Source: Octopus bimaculoides
Lineage: Eukaryota
Direction: 5' to 3'
Assembly: GCF_001194135.2 (NCBI RefSeq)
Contig: NC_068990.1
Location: 16,725,766 to 16,789,765 of the forward strand
Length of the DNA: 64,000 bases
Part shown: piece by piece, positions 13,520-63,680 of the stretch
How positions within the stretch are numbered: the first letter of the stretch is position 1
How the letters are laid out: each line of letters starts with the position of its first letter
The notes under the pieces: model-generated
What the model was told of the DNA's origin: nothing
Databases searched by the model: none
Seen by the model: the letters and a program-made list of their open reading frames with translations, nothing else
Made by a program: the position numbers and the translations under genes

Positions 13520-16500
13520 NNNNNNNNNNNNNNNNNNNNNNNNNNNNNNNNNNNNNNNNNNNNNNNNNNNNNNNNNNNNNNNNNNNNNNNNNNNNNNNNN
13601 NNNNNNNNNNNNNNNNNNNNNNNNNNNNNNNNNNNNNNNNNNNNNNNNNNNNNNNNNNNNNNNNNNNNNNNNNNNNNNNNNNNNNNNNNNNNNNNNNNNN
13701 NNNNNNNNNNNNNNNNNNNNNNNNNNNNNNNNNNNNNNNNNNNNNNNNNNNNNNNNNNNNNNNNNNNNNNNNNNNNNNNNNNNNNNNNNNNNNNNNNNNN
13801 NNNNNNNNNNNNNNNNNNNNNNNNNNNNNNNNNNNNNNNNNNNNNNNNNNNNNNNNNNNNNNNNNNNNNNNNNNNNNNNNNNNNNNNNNNNNNNNNNNNN
13901 NNNNNNNNNNNNNNNNNNNNNNNNNNNNNNNNNNNNNNNNNNNNNNNNNNNNNNNNNNNNNNNNNNNNNNNNNNNNNNNNNNNNNNNNNNNNNNNNNNNN
14001 NNNNNNNNNNNNNNNNNNNNNNNNNNNNNNNNNNNNNNNNNNNNNNNNNNNNNNNNNNNNNNNNNNNNNNNNNNNNNNNNNNNNNNNNNNNNNNNNNNNN
14101 NNNNNNNNNNNNNNNNNNNNNNNNNNNNNNNNNNNNNNNNNNNNNNNNNNNNNNNNNNNNNNNNNNNNNNNNNNNNNNNNNNNNNNNNNNNNNNNNNNNN
14201 NNNNNNNNNNNNNNNNNNNNNNNNNNNNNNNNNNNNNNNNNNNNNNNNNNNNNNNNNNNNNNNNNNNNNNNNNNNNNNNNNNNNNNNNNNNNNNNNNNNN
14301 NNNNNNNNNNNNNNNNNNNNNNNNNNNNNNNNNNNNNNNNNNNNNNNNNNNNNNNNNNNNNNNNNNNNNNNNGTTATGTCTGTGTTTGTCCCCCACCCTT
14401 GCTTAACAACCAGTGTTGGTTTGTTTATATCCCCATAAATTAGTACAGTTAGGTAAAAGACACAGATAGAATAAGTACCAGTCTTCATTAAAAAAAAAGT
14501 CTTGGGGTTAATTCATTCAACTAGAAATTCTTCAAGGCAGTGCTCCAGCATGGCTGCAGTCTAATAACTAAAATAAGTAAAAAATGTGTGTGTGTGTGTG
14601 TGTGTATGTATGCATACACAGTTAACAGGCTTCCACATAGTTTCCATCTATCAGATCCACTCTCAAGTCATTGTAATTTGTTATAGTAGAAGGCACTTGC
14701 CTAAGGTGCTGTGCCTTGGGTATGAACCCATGTCATTGCAAAGCAAGCCACTTAACTACACAGAAACTTAACTCTTATGAAACCTTTGCTTTTCAGACTA
14801 TATTAGTTTGAGTGTCCATTTTTTTATGCCTAAGATGTAAAGGTGTGATTTGAAGGAGGTTTAACAACTATTTCTTGGAAACTAGATGACCACATAGAGG
14901 TTCCAGTTACTCTGCTGTTAAGGAGTTTAAAAAAATGAAAGTAAATTGACCAGAAGTGGCAAACAGTGAAATCCCATTTCATGCAGGGAACATAAAGAGA
15001 ACTGGTAACTTCCCTCAATTTCATAAACAGCATTCATATGCAGACTATAGAAGAGCGATGGGTGCTTGCCATTCAGGTGACAATGTGAGACTAATGGTAC
15101 ATTATTTACATGATATTTTCATGACCAGATGTGGTACAACAGATTTAGAGATCGACAGGGTGGTGGTGGTACTTATTCATGAATCTCATTTCATGCGTCA
15201 GTGATTTATGTTTTCCCTGTCAATGTGATTGTTTTCACCTGGCCCCCACTCTCCCAGATCCTCATTCTTGAGGTATTGTCTACCGCTCTGCTTCTCTTTC
15301 TGGCCATCTTTTATAACCTCTGCATCTGTTACTTAAACCATATTGTCCTCTTCCTGTGTGTCTATTTATCTGTCCTTCTGGTAGTCATTTTAACTGTTTT
15401 CCTCTGTCTGGCTGTCAATCGGTTTAGATAAGGAATTGGCAGTCATTACAGTGTTGAATGGAATGATGTGGACTTTTTAGTTCTCGTTCTCTGTTCTTTG
15501 AGTTCAAATCTTGCTGAGGTTAAAGTTTGTCTTTCATCCCTCTGGGGTGATAAATGAAGTACCAATCAAGTACTTAGGGTTGATTTCTCTCTCTCTCGTT
15601 CTATCTATCTATCTTCATTCCTTCCTTCCTCCTGCCCACCCACCATGAGAAAGGGGACCTCACTCATATTGTCGTTACCTCTAGAAATGCAAAATTGAAC
15701 AAGGGGCCAGCAATGTCTTCTCACAGAAAAACTGATAATTTTTGGAACCAGCCACAGACACTCCAGTTTGAAGAAAAGAAGTCCCTCTCTATTTGGGTTG
15801 CTTGTCTTGTTTTTTTAGGTGTCAGTTTGTCCATCAATCCATCAACTGTCGAGGTGTCAAACATGGCCTGTGGGTCAGATACAATCAATGACTATCTAGT
15901 TCAGCTGCTGGTTTAATTTTATATTAAAAAAAAAAAAATTGTATTATTATCTTTTAATTTCAAAATATTCTGTAAAAGACATATTGCTAGCATTTGTTCA
16001 GACTTGTGGCTTGACTAGAGTCATGATTAAAACTGGTTCAGATTAGTCAGGTTAGTACATCTTAGGTGCACTAAGCAGTGCACTCTTTTGTTACCTCAGT
16101 CAAGTAAAAAGAAGTTTATGAAATCATAAACTAAAAGATGTGACCTATTTCTCCACCACTTTATCTATACATGCCAAGCCAAACAAGTGAAAGGTTTTTT
16201 TTTTTTTTACATTTGTGCATTGATTCATACTATTGGATCTTAGCAATATGAATGAGATTGAAATATTTTGCAGCTGAAACAGTAGGAACTTTATGTCAAG
16301 CATTGGTCTTCTTAGGAACTCTATATATTCGTTTGGACAACTTTTGTCTCTTTTGGCATTAAGGTGGGACATTTAGCCATAGAAACCATGCCAAAGCTGA
16401 CATTGAGACCTGACACAGCTCTGCAGTTTGTTGGATCATACCAAATGGTCCAACCCATGCCAGAATGGAAAATGGATGTTACATGGTGATGGTGATGATG

Positions 16501-17109
16501 TTCTCACTTTAATGAGCTTTGCTTAACAGGACTGTACTGTATATATAATAAGTTTTTTTCCTATGCATCACTTCGTGCAGGTGACACGTAAAAGCACCTA
16601 CTACACTCTCTGAGTGGTTGGCGTTAGGAAGGGCATCCAGCTGTAGAAACTCTGCCAAATTTAGATTGGAGCCTGATGTTGCCATCCGGTTTCACCAGTC
16701 CTCAGTCAAGTCGTCCAACCCATGCTAGCATGGAAAGCGGACGTTAAACGATGATGATGATGATGATATGGAAATATAAAAATATAAAAGAAGCAAAAAT
16801 ACTGGAGATTCAGTATACACCACGTGGCAAAATTATGAGTTGAAAATATGTGGAAAACATGCATACATACATACATGCATGCATACAATGAAGGCATGTG
16901 GCTTAGTGATTAGGGCATTCGGCTCATCATCATAAGGTCATGAGTTCAATTCCCAGTGATGCATTGTGTCTTTGAGCAAGACACTTTATTTCCTGTTGCT
17001 CCAGTCCACTCAGCTGGCAAAAANNNNNNNNNNATATATATATAGTAGTATGATCTGAAAGATCCTAGTATAGGAAGTTAGTAAACTTGAAGCCTGTACA
17101 CATTGGACA

Positions 17110-17761
17110 ACATATGATAAAGAGAGTGCTTGTGCTTTCTTGCAGATGATGGTCTTCGTAATCATATCCCCTGCAAGTTGCTTCTCATTGATCCACAGGC
17201 AAAAACAATTTTTCCATCTATTTGTGGACAGGTGTGCGTTGCTTGGAGAGCCTGGAGACACCCTTTGCTGTTGTAATGGCCTTGATCTCATCCTTTTTTC
17301 TTCAGGATGGTGCAGATTGTCGATGTGCTTCAGTCGTATTGACATGCTATGTCCACTACACACACTCCTCTTTCATGTTTATCAATGATTTCCTTCTTCA
17401 ATTCATTCTCAGTTTTTTCTTCTTCTCAGCACTGTCCTTTGCACTAACCTTCTTAGGACCCATGGCTAACACAACTAATTATTATAAAATGATAGTAAAA
17501 ACCGCACAAAACTAAAAAAAAACACTAGGAAAAACACAACAGGCATGCTGCCACAATGAGATAAACATGTGAATTGAGCGAGTGGAGGCTGCGCTTGTTG
17601 GGAGAGTGTGTGCGAGCTCAGTGCTGACTAGTGGTTGCTTGTATGACACTCACTCGTACTGCAGGTTTCCACTTGTACATCAAGACAAAAATTGGCACAA
17701 GCCTCAGCTCATACAGCAAATAACTCACATAATGGTGCACTCATCCTGTGAGGTTCTACTG
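17110..17761 (-). mobile_element. Tigger/pogo DNA transposon, left end with degraded transposase N-terminus
   Basis: TA plus CAGTAGAACCTC terminus at 17761(-). ATG at 17463 gives MGPKKVSAKDSAEKKK..ELKKEIIDKHERGV..STSTICTILKKK..WINEKQLAGD..IICKKA across frameshifts and a stop (CENP-B-type HTH region). Confidence 0.85.
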
Positions 17762-19473
17762 TAGTGTTTTGAGGAATAATTGTCCCTATCCAGCCTACAA
17801 GATCTAATTCATGCTTCAATCTGTAGACCAACAAAGTCAAACAAGTTTGACACCCTTAGGTATACACTCTTATCTTGTATTTGTCTTTGTAAAGTCATAC
17901 TAATCTACTGATCTGTCTTCTATAATCATTTGTCCATATATAGTAAAAATCACCACCACCCCATACTAAATACCTTGTGTTTATATTTCTCTGACACTAA
18001 TCTTCATGAATGACCTGAATTCGTTTTAATCCTAATCTTGTTTACACACTCTGCCAAACCCCTGCTGACATTGTTTTTGTTTTTGATACACCACAAAGTA
18101 ACCCATTCATCAAGAACCCTGAAACATAATGCCAACCTACCATCATTTCCATGACAGTCTTCTCTGTTGCCACTCACCGTGACCATTATTATTACTAATG
18201 CCAAAGGAATTCCAATTATGGCTATCCAGTCTTTATTTCAGATATATTGTATTTGGGATCCTGGCATCCGGAGTAGGAGTATGTTTTTTCTGTTTTCTAA
18301 GACAGTTGGGTGTGCTATTATATCTAAGACGTCTAGCAACCTATTTAGGACCATCATGTGTTGAGGTTTCTTAGTGTTGATAATGTGCTTACATGTTTGC
18401 AAGCGCCATATGACTTAGAATAAATACAGCTTCGAACAAACAGAGCTTGGTGCTTGATGCTTGGTGGACAACCCCCCCCCCCTCTCTCATTCCAATACAT
18501 TGTTGGTAGAAATAGTTGACCCAAAATTAACCAAAAAGTCAATTAGTAAGATCAAAAGAAATTCTTCTGTATAAATGTGGTTAGTATGTTAATATATTTT
18601 AAACTGCTAAATACTATAATGACTAATATCTAAATGAAATTATGTCGTTAGGTTGTATTCTGTGTGGGAAAGTAATTTCTCAAGTATACAACCAGTATTT
18701 AACTATTATAATTATTAATATCTGAAAGAATTGCTTTGTTAGGTAGTTGTGTGTATTAAAGTATTTTCTCTAATATGTTGTTGTCGTTGTCATCGTCACC
18801 ACCACCACCGCCGCCACCACCACCACCACCACCACCACCACTGTTTTAGTATTGACTTTTCCATGTTTGCATGAATCACATGGCAGATTTTCTGTGACCT
18901 GTGTGTCAGCAAGATAATGATATTTCTCTATGGTTGGACATGTTTCCGCAGAAAATTGGAAACGAATGAGACTACCTCTGTGATGGTGATGCTTATTTAC
19001 AAAACTATTACACAGTGTCAAGACAAGGAGACACAAATGAGCACACACACACTCACACACACATACAATGTACATACATGTACACATGACAGGCTTCTTT
19101 CAGTTTCCATCTACCAAATACACTCACAAGGCTTTGGTTGTCATGGGGCTATAGTAGAAAATGCCCAGGGTGCTACACAATGGGATTGAACTCATAATCA
19201 CATGGTTGGGAAGCACACTTCTTAACAACACAACCATACCTGTATCTATTTCTGCAATATATCTGATCACTAGTATTTAAATATATTTTACCTTACTAAC
19301 TGTTATAGCTACCAATATCTGAAAGATATTCTGTTGATAAATACCTTCGTATGTTAATATACTTCATTTAAGGTGAATATTTCATTGCTTGCTATCAGAG
19401 TCACCGATATTTGTAAGAAATGGTGTTATGTATCTACATATAAACATATCTCCAATGCTTTGTCTTACCTATT

Positions 19474-19790
19474 CTCATCCTCATTGATGAGGATTCAGAG
19501 ACTATGGATGCATTATCCCTTTCTATCAATTCCTGGCTCTGGTCATGGTTGTGCATTCAGCCAAAGGTTTTCCAGTCCATTTTTTAATGCCATCCAGCCA
19601 TCGTTTTCTCGGTTTCTCCCATTCCTTGTTTCCCATTGACTCTTCCTCCTAGGATGTGAGTGCTAAGGTTCTTGTCCTGGTGAATATGTTCAAAATACAG
19701 CAGCTTTCTCTTTCCGTTGTTTTGTCAAAAAACTGACTCATTGATTTAATGGTCTGTCCAGATGATCTTCAGTGTTCTTCTAATGTATTT
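19474..19790 (-). mobile_element. Degraded RTE LINE 3' fragment
   Basis: Translates (-) with breaks as RRTLKIIWTDH..RKLLYFEHI..ILGGRVNGK..KPRKRWLDGIKKWTG. Confidence 0.7.
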
Positions 19791-21349
19791 AATTGTGTGT
19801 GTGTGTGTGTGTTTGTGATTTTGTATACCTTCATATCACTCAACATATGACATGTTGAATACACTAAAATCCATGTCCTTGACAACAAAGTAACTTAAAA
19901 AAGCAAACAAACATAAAAAACAAATGGAACAGTCTTATATTTTGCTTCGTAATGATTGATGAAAAGTTTTAGTCTTTAGTAGTTTCTGTAATGACTGAGA
20001 TACCAGTGTGTATTCACACAAGAAATCAGTGGAGCAAACAAACACGATAAAGACAGTGGCACTCAGTTTGTTTATGTTGTAGTTGAATATGTTAGACGAG
20101 TGGTGGTAGTAGAAGGAGGAGGAAGAGAAGGACAAAGAAGTAGACTTCCTTCATTGGCATAAGGCCACAAATTTGTTCAAAATAATCAACAAATTTACGT
20201 ATTATAATATTTCTGTTAATTTACTGTTTCTGATAGTCATTTTGTTAGAATAATGACAATGATTATGATAATGATGACAATGATGACAATTATACCTCCA
20301 CCAACTGCCACTGGTGATGATGGTGTTGATGATAGTGGTGGTGGTAGTGTTGGCAGTGGTGTTGGTGTTGTTGTTGGTGGTGGTGGTATAATGATGTTAA
20401 TGGTCTGCATTTAGTCTGGTTGCAACTCCAGGGGTTCTTTTTGCTCCAAAAGTATTTTAGCTTTCATAGTATTATAATAATCAATGAGGGGTTTTTGTGC
20501 GTGTGGAAGTTGTTAGGATAATGTGTTTGCTAATTTGAATATTGTTAATTGCTAATTTGAATGTGTTGTGATTAGTTTTACTGTGTGGAAAAGATTTTGC
20601 TGTTTAGTCAGAGATCAGTCCTGATCCAGCAAAGATCTTTGATCAGAGACATTCTAGCCATGACCATCATTTATTTTCAGATGTAGTTTATCACAGGCTA
20701 CGATATGCAACATATCCTTCCTTTTGTTTTTGTTTCACAACATCTTGGACAAGGGTCTTCTTCTGTACCCCCAGGATGACCAGAGTCTTGTGAGTGGATT
20801 TGGTTGATGGAAACTGAAAGAAACTTATTGTATATATATGTATGTATGTATATTCTAGCCATGACCGTCACTTATTTTCAGAGTGGATTTGATTGATGGA
20901 AGCTGAAAGAAACTCATTGTATATATGTATGAGTATATAGGTGTGTGTGTGTGTGGGGGAGGTGTTATGTCAGGTCACTCTTAGTATTACTCAAAGGTTC
21001 AAAGGTCCTAGGTCCTTCCTAAACCATCAGCTCATAAGGCTGGTTTCCTGGATTCTGTGGCATATATGTTCCCCACTGGATGAAATGCCGGTCAGTTGCA
21101 GAATTACTCATTTTTGCCAGCTGTGTGGACTGGACCAATGCAAAGTGAAGTGTTTTGCTCAAGAATGCAACACATTACCTGGTCCTGGAATTGAAACCAC
21201 AATCATACAATCATGAGTACAGCACCCTAACCACTAAGCCATGCACATCCACTACTTAGTACCATGTAAAACTGACAACCTTACCAACCCTGTTGGTATG
21301 GATGATGGTTTTCATTGGATACCATGCAGGATGAAAGACAAAACCTGTC

Positions 21350-21700
21350 AAAGGACATTTGAACTCAATAGAGTTGACAGACATGCTTCTGAAATAATAC
21401 CTGCCTCACTGCAAAGCCAGACATGTTGCTCCTGCGTGTTTCTGGACTCTTCTTTTAGATCATTTATATGTCTCTCATCAAGTAAACTACCACTGTTCCT
21501 TTCCTGTGCTATGAGATTACTCTTATTAGTAAGAACTGTATTTTCATTGTTATCTCTGTTGTTGCTATTTTCCATGACTCGTCTTTTGATAGCTTCGAGC
21601 TCTACTTCTGTGAACCAACAATTTTTTCTTATTGCTCTCGCTTGATCACATAGTCTCTGTTCCGTGAGTTGAAACAATCCCTTTTCTCTCCAATGATCAT
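21350..21700 (-). mobile_element. R4/Dong-like (RLE-type non-LTR) N-terminal ORF remnant
   Basis: [39 protein letters not shown] (21692-21576) resembles the EQRLxDQxRxIxKxxW motif of R4-clade ORFs; abuts a degenerate (TAA/TGA)n tract. Confidence 0.55.
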
Positions 21701-21930
21701 CATCCAAATTATTATTATTATCATTAATATTATTATTATCATTATTATCATTTTGTACTGTGAGCTTATTGATATATGGGGTCTCTCTTAGTAACTTCAC
21801 TTAGACATATAAAGCAAACAAATTTAAAAAAGAAATATTCACCATCATTATCACCACCACCACCACCACCACTGCCATCACCTACATCATTACTGGCTAT
21901 AGTGGCACTGTCATCATTGTTATCATCATT

Positions 21931-22588
21931 GGGATCTATTTTAAAACGGGGGCACCAGTTTTCATTTATGTTTTATGTAGTGTTTTTGGTACCGAAAGAC
22001 TTTCAAACTTCATATACTTATCTATTTTATGTTATAGAACAGAAAAAAATTTTTGTATTCGAATTTATTTCATGTAAAAAATTGTCTTATTTCGATAATT
22101 TCTACTAATCACTGACGTCTATTCAGTTGAAAACAGTTAGCGCTGTAACTGTGTATATCGTATTAATCCCCTAACCCTAACTAGACTGTTAACCGTAACC
22201 GTAACCCTAACCCTAAAACTAACCCTAACTCTAGAATCCGAACTCTAAAATTGTTACACACATAGATACGTACAGCGTAATTTATTATATAAACAATATA
22301 TGCGTATAAATTATGATTAAACCGGATGAAATATGTCACAGGGAATAACATTTTTATGACCGCCCAGCAGTAACTCTATTGAGCTGAATAGACGTCAGTG
22401 ATTGGTTGAAATTACAGAAATACGACAACTTTAACATGGAATAACTTGCGAATTCCTTTTTTTTTGTTAAGAAGACTAAGAGTAAAAGATGTTTTATATG
22501 ACACATTCTACCAGTGTCCCAAGTTTCAAAGTGTTTCGTTAGCGTTTCGTTAAGAAAATACTGGTGCCCCCGTTTTAAAATAGATCCC
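21931..22588. mobile_element. Non-autonomous TIR element with nested inverted repeats and a telomere-like core
   Basis: Perfect 29-bp TIR GGGATCTATTTTAAAACGGGGGCACCAGT (21931-21959 / 22560-22588), ATCATT on both flanks, a second imperfect inverted pair (about 22045-22145 / 22365-22470) and (CCCTAA)-like repeats at 22169-22232. Confidence 0.85.
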
Positions 22589-23122
22589 ATCATTGTCATT
22601 ATCCTCATCATGATCATCATCAATATCAACATTATCTTCATCATTTTTCTAATAAAATGACTGTCAAAAACAAACATTGACTTAACAGAAATACTATAAT
22701 ACTTCTATTCAATGCTTGTAGATTACCTCTACAAATTTGGAGCCTTAATGCCAATGAAAGAAATAGACCTCCTTCTTCTTCTTCTTCTTCTTCATCATCA
22801 CCATCATCCTGCTGTTGTTGCTGCTGCGACTACTACTACTACTACTACTTGTCATCATTCACTCCACCCCAACCATTGTCATTACCATAATTTTTATGTT
22901 GAAGTGTGTGTGTGTGTTTTGGGATCTGTATTGAAATCTGTCTTTTTCTTTTTTCATTTGTCATGCTAATTGGTCTTGTGTTCCCCTTTTAATGTGTTTT
23001 GTTTACCCTGTGTTGGCTTGTCTCTGGCCATTAGTCCTAACATTGGAAATACATTAGTAATAGGAAGAAATTAAAAACCAGAACAACAATATAATTTCAT
23101 TAACCACTTAAATGTATTATCA

Positions 23123-23177
<55 letters not shown>

Positions 23178-24189
23178 TTACAGAGGAATTCATCAGTATT
23201 TTTATGTTGTTTGGTTTTTTCAATTTTCTTTGCTGTTTGTTTTTATTTCATCAATGATTGTGGTAATGGATGCTTTTGGTAGAACATCGAACTCTGCTTG
23301 ATAATGACATCTTGTAAGTTTGGTCCCTGGAACTACAACTACTATTACTACTACTACCATTAGTTTTCCTACTCCTACTCCTCTTACTCCACTTCTTCCT
23401 CCTCTTACTCTGCTTCTTTCTCTTCCTCCTTCACCTTGTTTTTTCTGCTTATTTTCTTCCTCCTTCTATTCCTCTCCTCCTCTTCTTCCTCCTCTTCTGC
23501 CTCCCTTCTCCCTCTCCTCTTCATGCTCCCCTCTTTCCTTCCCTCCTCCTCATCCTGGGCTTGTTATTATTTAGCCCCGTGTCAGCTCAAATCAAGAAGA
23601 TCTGTCATCAAAAACTCTCCATCAGTGATTTTCCCCTCCTTAGTACTTGCCTGGGTACTTTGTTTATCAACCCCAAAATGATAAAAGTGCAAAGTTGATC
23701 CCAGGATCAAATACTGCAAGGCATTTTTCCCAATATTCTACCAATTATGCTAGTTCTCCATCTTATTAGCCTCAAGGACACAAGAAAGATACAATACAAT
23801 ACAATGTGCATTGTACTGGAGACCTACAGATATGTGTGGGCTGCAACAGATGAGCTGGATAAAGACAAACTGATGGTGGAGAAGAACCAACTATTAGAAC
23901 CATATCACATTGCATTTCCAGTCTGCTAAGGACATATATTCTTATCTCTTCTGAAAGCTTTAGTGTTTGAATCATTGTTGCAGAGTTTAGCAAGAGATTT
24001 GTTCTGTTCTGGCTTCATCCCATCAAGGATATAGTGAGGCAGCGAGTAGGATTAACACAGCAGTTCTGCAAATCACAGAACGACCTTTACCATACTCTCA
24101 CAGACAGTATTCAACTATCCTATGTATACACTACACTGAAAGATACCAAAGAGGAGACTGAGTAACTTTGGAATTATTCAAGAAATATT

Positions 24190-24227
<38 letters not shown>

Positions 24228-25573
24228 ATGTTTTGGTGTTTTTGGTTAATGACATATATAATTTGAGTAGCCATGTCACTCCTCTAAAGCAAAAAACTTG
24301 TTCTGTTTTGGCCCCTTCTTTCATACTTTAACCCCTCATCCCCTTGCATAAAGCCACCTTCCTTTCTACTGCAGCCACCCGATATCAACGGTGATCTTAG
24401 TCTTGTTAATTACATGGAAACATCACTAGTACTGGTTCCACAAGAAAAAGAGTACTTAGTACACCCTGCAAAGTGGTTGGCATTAGGAAGGGCATCCAGC
24501 CATAGAAACCATACTAGAGCAGGCATCGGTGCACCATGCATTCCTTAGACCATTGAATCCTATCAAATTGTTCTGCCAGCATGGAGCATTGACATGAGAT
24601 GACGATGATGAGGAGGATGATATCCAGCTTGAACTGAGTCACAGGTGAGCCTTGTGTAACATATGTGTGTGACACCACCATCTTGGTGTTGTACATGTTG
24701 GAAATTGAGAAAAATGGTCAACACCACACTGGGGAAGTCCTAGGAAGTAATAGAACTATACCATTAACTAGGACAAATTGATGGGACTGGTGGAATTGCC
24801 ACTCAACGCCTAGTGTTGGAAAATTACTTTCTGATATTTTTCTGGTTTTTTACATTCTGAATTCAACTCTTGCTGAAGTTATGTTTACTTTTCCTCTTTT
24901 CAGGTTCAATAAAATAAAGTACCAGTCAAGTACTGGGGCCATTGGTACCATCTAACCTCTCCTCTAAAAATTGCTGGCCTTGTGCTTAAATTAGAAACAC
25001 TTATTAATATTGTTACTTGTATGATTCAGGAGTGCCAACTTAGACATTTTGGTCATGTTGCTCAATTTTCTGAGTTGGACCCTGTGTATTGTGTCCTCTT
25101 CTCTGAGGACCTGACTGGAATGACAGCTTGTGTTGGTTGGCCATATGGTCACAATGGATGAGGAAGTATTTCATAGAGATGGGAGCTGACTGGGGCACTC
25201 CTTAGTGGGTTGCCTGGATGACCCAAGCTGATTCTGACAAATGATGGATGCAACAAAGTGCTGCAACAGTGCATGTTCCCATATCTGACCTCGTTATCTG
25301 ACCTCATTATCATTATGGTAAGGCTTGTGTATGGCAAAGTTGGTAGAGTGCTGGAAAAAATATCTTGCAATATTTAGTTACATCCCTTTGTATTCTGATT
25401 TCTAATCTTAGAGTTTGGATTTTCATTCTCACGGGGCTTTGGTTAAAATAAGTACTGCGCACATACTTGAATCAATATACATTCGAAAATGTCAGGCCTT
25501 GTGCCAATTTTAAGAAATATTCTTAATGTAAATGAATTAATTTGTATTTTTGTTGTTGTTTGCAGGAAGTGTC

Positions 25574-62605
<37,032 letters not shown>

Positions 62606-63145
62606 GTTAGTGCCAGAATTTTGCTTAACTCTACAGGAACTCAAAAGAACTGTACTAGATTTTTAGTTATTTCTTACAGCATTCCATAGTATTAGAGTAA
62701 ATATTATGGTGCTGTGACTTATTGAGTGTGTATTTTATATGAGAATGACTTTATATAACATGTATATACATACAAGCATATTCATATGAATGGGTGAACA
62801 TTCATATTTTTTATGTTGCTATAATTATATATCCATGTGTTTTTGCGTCATTGTTTTTATATGTTTCTGTAGAGCTTTTCATATTTTATTGACACATTAA
62901 TTTATGTCTATATATGTGAGTTACTTGGTGACCTTACTAGTGCTGGTGTCCTCCCCACCAAAGCACCCAGTACATATGTAAGTGGTTAGTGTTAGAAATG
63001 GCATCCAGCCATAGAAATGATTCTAAAGCAAACATTGGAACAAGGTACAATCCTCCAATTTGTCAGGTGCTGTCAAACCATCCAATTTATGCCAGTATGG
63101 AAGATGGTTTTATATATGTATATATATCCTTCCTCAGTGAGTTGA

Positions 63146-63625
63146 GGTGGCTGAGTTCCTTTCAAGCATTGGGCCTCATGGAGGCAAAGTGGCCAAGCTC
63201 TAGGGCCGCATGGAGGTAAAGTGGCCGAGCTCCTGGGCCGCATGGAGGTAAAGTGGCTGAGTTCCTTTCAAGTGTTAGGCCTCATGGAGGCAAAGTGGCC
63301 AAGCTCCTTTTGAGTGTTGGGCCTCACAGAGGCAATGGCCAAGAGCTTTGGCATTATGTCATGCTTGAGAAGATCCATCAAGCCAAGGAAAACCGCAGTC
63401 ATGGCAGATACCGGTATCATGCAAATGGCACCTGTGCCAGTGGCACATAAAAGCTCCCATTACACTCTCGGAGTGGTTGGTGTTAGGAAGGGGATCCAAC
63501 CATAGAAAACAATGCCAAATCAGAATTGAGTCAGGTGCAACCTACCAGCATTCCAGCCCAGTCAAACTGTTCAACCCATACCAGCATTGACAACAAACAT
63601 TAAATGATGATGATGATGATGATAT
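63146..63625 (+). mobile_element. RTE 3' end with internal 32/42-bp tandem amplification and a (GAT)n tail
   Basis: About five units gtggc(t/c)..g.tc...gg(g)cc(t/g)catggagg(c/t)aaa, then LGLTEAM..ELWHYVMLEKIHQAK (RTE-like C-terminus) and the family-C UTR. Confidence 0.7.
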
Positions 63626-63680
63626 ATTCTTGTGTGTGTATATATGTATTGTATGCATGCATATATATATATATATATGA

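Noticed and set aside
14830-15431. Short ORFs on both strands as a nested gene or TE protein
   Set aside because: No recognisable domain and no consistent splice signals.
17790-18400. Possible degraded transposase or LINE ORF on the minus strand
   Set aside because: Only vague resemblance across many stops; no motif I can name with confidence.
21348-21800. 150-aa ORF as a host gene
   Set aside because: The N-terminal third is microsatellite-derived (N/D runs) and the remainder is better explained as a retrotransposon remnant.
63146-63345. CRISPR-like repeat/spacer array
   Set aside because: Eukaryotic context, no cas genes, middles are related to one another rather than unique spacers, and the unit is continuous with RTE sequence.
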